Positions 40,601 to 43,187 of a stretch of DNA of 43,187 nt are shown in pieces. The stretch spans positions 273,753 to 316,939 of the forward strand of contig NMRA01000176.1 of NCBI GenBank assembly GCA_002633005.1, written 5' to 3'. The notes under the pieces were generated by a model that saw only the letters and a program-made list of their open reading frames with translations, was not told the origin of the DNA and did not search any database. The translations under genes were made by a program, and so were the position numbers. The stretch is from Phoronis australis. Its lineage: Eukaryota; Animalia; Phoronida. Each line of letters starts with the position of its first letter. Position 1 is the first letter of the stretch.

Positions 40601-41444
40601 ATGGCTATGTTATTTCTTTATTGCTTTTTAATTAGAAACTCAGCACAATCGTCAGTATTGTGTATTTACATAGTTTTACATTCCAACATTTGGATGAAAA
40701 TCACTTGACTATTCTCAAGGATAATCACAAGCATGGTCGCAAGTAACACAAACAACGAATTTTCAAACTAAATCTGAAATTTTCTGTATTAAGTCTGCTT
40801 TCATGAACAATGGTTACCCATTGAATTTGGTACAGTCGTGTATTCACAAAGTCACTCCTATTACGGGTGACGTGGAATATGGTCCTGAGAGACAAAAGTA
40901 TTTAATATTTTGTTTTTCCTTGTACTGGCAACTACAGTATCTTGCTTAAAAGACAGTTGATAGGAGAAACAGTGAAAAAAGGAGCGGGCCACATTGCGTA
41001 TATTTATTACATACACTGTTGCTATGTCTTAATTTGTGATCGTGAACTAAAAGTAGTTTAGCACGTGTAAGGACAGTGTGCCACCAGTTGAACAAATTGT
41101 TCACTTTTATCCATATTTCTGGAGTCCAATATGTAAAAGTATGTCTGATCCATAGCATGCAGTGTATTCTGTCTTTAGTTGTGGTATTCGGAAGTTTTAT
41201 GGCGAGAATGTCTCTCATTCCAGGCTGGGTTACTGGAACACGAGGCTGTTGCGGGTATTCACTCTCTATGATTTGAGGGTACAACCACTGATCTATGCAA
41301 TTCGGCACTGGGCCAAAGCAGTTGGTCAAGACAAGAAGGGTTTACGGTTGAGCAACTACGCACTGAGTCTAATGTGCATGTTCTATCTTCAGAATTGTAC
41401 ACTGCCTGTCCTGCCATCTTTAGAGGAACTGAGAAAGTATTGTG
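28616..41444 (+). CDS. TUT1: TUT1/Star-PAP-like U6 snRNA terminal uridylyltransferase, 3'-partial
   Basis: join(28616-28655,32777-32964,33767-34030,38964-39078 [or 36286-36400],39449-39540 [or 36768-36859],40150-40403,41224-41444). Domain order is C2H2 zinc finger (CELC...H....KKH), RRM (SVYVRGF; GFAFVEF), then nucleotidyltransferase ([16 protein letters not shown]; RCPVLRF...CDLSCNNR; LSNYALSL), as in TUT1. Confidence 0.88.
28939..30100 (-). mobile_element. Internally deleted piggyBac-like DNA transposon in TUT1 intron 1
   Basis: Perfect 12-bp TIR CCCTTATCCTGC/GCAGGATAAGGG, right flank TTAA, left flank CTAA; relic acidic N-terminus [25 protein letters not shown] on the - strand. Confidence 0.75.
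30105..30361. repeat. Degenerate ~60-bp tandem repeat with semi-palindromic units, resuming at ~32041-32110
   Basis: Units resemble gtggtccagacggacaattttcgtccatacgacc. Confidence 0.65.
30365..32037. mobile_element. PIF/Harbinger (Tourist)-like non-autonomous element containing a nested repeat-array element (~30830-31515)
   Basis: Imperfect TIR GGGCTGTTCAAGCAAAA / TTTTGCTCGAACAGTTC with TTA on both flanks. Confidence 0.55.
32777..32964 (+). CDS. TUT1: TUT1 exon 2 (zinc-finger His pair and RRM start)
   Basis: ttccag acceptor, gtcagt donor; [11 protein letters not shown]...RSVYVRGF...[17 protein letters not shown]. Confidence 0.92.
33342..33669 (+). repeat. Minisatellite, 8 x 41 bp
   Basis: Unit aagtaaggcatgttgagatttagccagcattataatgacga; a single C>G variant at 33611; no spacers. 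Confidence 0.97.
33767..34030 (+). CDS. TUT1: TUT1 exon 3 (RNP1 motif, polyQ linker)
   Basis: tttcag acceptor, gtaagc donor; GGFAFVEF...Q9...[10 protein letters not shown]. Confidence 0.9.
33911..33937 (+). repeat. Coding (CAG)8CAA microsatellite, Q9 in TUT1
   Basis: Read directly, in frame within exon 3. Confidence 0.93.
34081..35758. mobile_element. Kolobok-like non-autonomous DNA transposon in TUT1 intron 3
   Basis: TIR AGGAGCATGCCACCC / GGGTGGCATTCTCCT; TTAA left, TTAC right (TTAA in the other copy, 38443-38446); THAP-like relic [13 protein letters not shown]...RVC on - strand; [12 protein letters not shown] relic on + strand. Confidence 0.65.
36286..36400 (+). CDS. TUT1: TUT1 exon 4, copy A
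   Basis: tttcag acceptor, gtatgc donor; [38 protein letters not shown]. Confidence 0.8.
36768..36859 (+). CDS. TUT1: TUT1 exon 5, copy A (GS motif and DxD)
   Basis: ccaag acceptor, gtaagt donor; [31 protein letters not shown]. Confidence 0.85.
37179..37946. other. Assembly gap (768 N)
   Basis: Run of N. Confidence 1.
38964..39078 (+). CDS. TUT1: TUT1 exon 4, copy B
   Basis: As copy A but first codon GTT (V) instead of CTT (L), synonymous changes, donor gtattc. Confidence 0.8.
39449..39540 (+). CDS. TUT1: TUT1 exon 5, copy B
   Basis: Same sequence as 36768-36859. Confidence 0.85.
40150..40403 (+). CDS. TUT1: TUT1 exon 6
   Basis: ttgcag acceptor, gtatgt donor (phase 2); IPGNR...[27 protein letters not shown]. 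Confidence 0.92.
40770..40965 (+). mobile_element. Decayed Penelope-like reverse transcriptase C-terminal/linker fragment
   Basis: [24 protein letters not shown]...YGPERQK, then frameshifted [15 protein letters not shown]; resembles the F..NGYP...GP....LPY.G pattern. Confidence 0.55.
41224..41444 (+). CDS. TUT1: TUT1 exon 7
   Basis: ttccag acceptor, gtaagc donor; LGYWNTRLL...[14 protein letters not shown]...[15 protein letters not shown]...PVLPS. Confidence 0.93.
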
Positions 41445-41827
41445 GTAAGCGTAGTTTTCAGTTGTCATTTCCGTTATAGTCCGGGGATACTGCATACACG
41501 AACATTTTAAGGGGGCATTTCAATGCTTTTAATTTGTAAGTGTTGAATTCTAAACCTAAGTCATTTATGGTTTAAAAAACTTCTTTCATCCGATCCTGAT
41601 AGCTTTACAAAGTAGCCAGCAACTCATCACAGGCTCTGCGTAAATGAGCAATTATCTAATTCGGAATTTTAGGGTCTCCTAAGATTCCTTTCCATGCATT
41701 TATGAATTTTGAATTTTAGAGTTGGCCCTCCCCTATAAACAATTGTTTTCTTATATGGTGGTTGGTTTCAGTGTTCTTGTTGGTAACTGATAGAATCCTA
41801 TCATGGAAAGTAAAGTTATGAGACTGA

Positions 41828-42460
41828 TTTTTTATGCACCCACATATTTATACATGGATGCATTATGCCGTCATCCCTGTCCGTCCAGCGTCCGTCCGTC
41901 TGTCGTCAATCCGGCGTCTGTTCCGTTCATGGATGGGACGGCATGAGCGAATTTTCGGACAGATCCGACTACCGGTGTGCCCCCTAGTGGCAATTTTAGT
42001 TTTTTACGCTTACCTTTGTATCTTCAAAAGTCCTTGAACGGATTTTCATGAAATTTAATTTGTAGGCACCTATTAGTGAGGTGACACTATTCTCTTGTTT
42101 TCAGATGGATTTGACATAGTTTGCGCCACCTAGTGGTCATTTTCACTGTTATCAAGTTTTTTTTTGCATCCACACCTCTATCAACCTAACCGCTCAAAGG
42201 ATGATTGTGAAAATTGGTATGTATGTGCTTACTATGAAGAGGATGGTTGACGATGATTTTCTGACAATTTGGGCTACTCTGGCGCCTCCTAGTGGCAGTT
42301 TTGTTTTTGTTGGCTGTATATCCTAAACTGTTCACAGGATCTTTACTTAATGTAGCAAGTGTATTTATATGATGTTGACTACGGATGATGATGACTTTCG
42401 GACAGATCTGACTACTGCTGTGCCCCCTAGTGGCAATTATAGTTTTTTACGTTTATCTCA
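41828..42460 (-). mobile_element. HINE/DINE-like non-autonomous element
   Basis: T-rich end, short imperfect hairpin (atgcacccacatat...atggatgcat), (GTCC)n-like microsatellite ~41877-41905, then the same repeat array. Confidence 0.55.
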
Positions 42461-42732
42461 GTATGTAGCCGTGTCTGGCTACAGGGATAAGTTAAAAGCT
42501 GTTTGCATAACACACTTTATTATATAGTTGCAAGTGATGAAAAGTGTCCGAGCAAGCGTTGAAAAGGAGAAACAGAAAAATCTGTTATCTATAATGAAGA
42601 AAAACACACAGTCTGAGTACTCGGCAAGCAAGCGTAATTAACGGGCACTATATACCAAGAGCATTACAAAGACTCGCGGCAATGACTCTATGACAGGCAA
42701 ATACTACATGTACAGCACACATCACGAATTTT

Positions 42733-42915
42733 TGGCCGACCGGTCGGAAATTGGTCGACGACCGGCCGTTGACCGATCGGCAAATTAGCCGACCGGTCGG
42801 CTAAAAATTAGCCGACCGGCAGCTGCCCGCAGTGCCGACTCATAAGGCGACCCCACAGCCGACCCTTCAGCCAACCCTTTAGCCGACCGGCCATCAGACG
42901 ACCAGCTGGTCGGCT
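42733..42915. repeat. Cluster of GCCGACC / GGTCGGC direct and inverted short repeats
   Basis: About ten copies, including palindromic ccgaccggtcgg; probably a transposon subterminal region. Confidence 0.6.
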
Positions 42916-43187
42916 GCTATTGTTAGGCTAGAGTAGCAGTTGCGTAATAGGTTGTCAGGCTCATACCACTTTGCGTGTCGATGCATATTCGTCTTAGCAC
43001 AGGGTCAAATAAATTAACCTAGTTTTGCTGTCTCGGTTACATGAGTTCACGTCGGTTGTGTAACACCACTACTTCGAAGGTTGAAGGCAAGCGGCATTAG
43101 TAAACATTGGATTATGGACAATGCAACAAGTTTTGGATGAAAAACGTGAAAGTTTTCTTTACATTTGATCTTTAATTTGACTCCTGA

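Noticed and set aside
41445-43187. Further TUT1 exons
   Set aside because: No segment resembling the PAP-associated domain with suitable splice sites was found; the gene presumably continues beyond the window.

Overview
Eukaryotic (animal, probably invertebrate) genomic DNA with spliced genes; most entries in the ORF track are spurious. Three genes can be reconstructed exon by exon from GT-AG sites with consistent phases. (1) NACA, + strand, complete, 212 aa, with a probable non-coding first exon. (2) MTPAP (mitochondrial poly(A) polymerase), - strand, complete, 8 coding exons, 531 aa. (3) TUT1/Star-PAP-like U6 terminal uridylyltransferase, + strand, 7 exons visible, running off the right end. 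The most striking observation is that the paralogues MTPAP and TUT1 lie head-to-head with only 367 bp between their predicted start codons, and they share at least five intron positions and phases. Introns carry many transposon relics: Penelope-like GIY-YIG with a candidate minimal hammerhead ribozyme, piggyBac-, Kolobok- and Harbinger-like elements, HINE-like repeat arrays and small MITEs. There is also a 41-bp minisatellite. Two ~1.9-kb near-identical duplications flank N gaps and are most likely uncollapsed alleles. Gene and family names come from motif recognition, not database searches.
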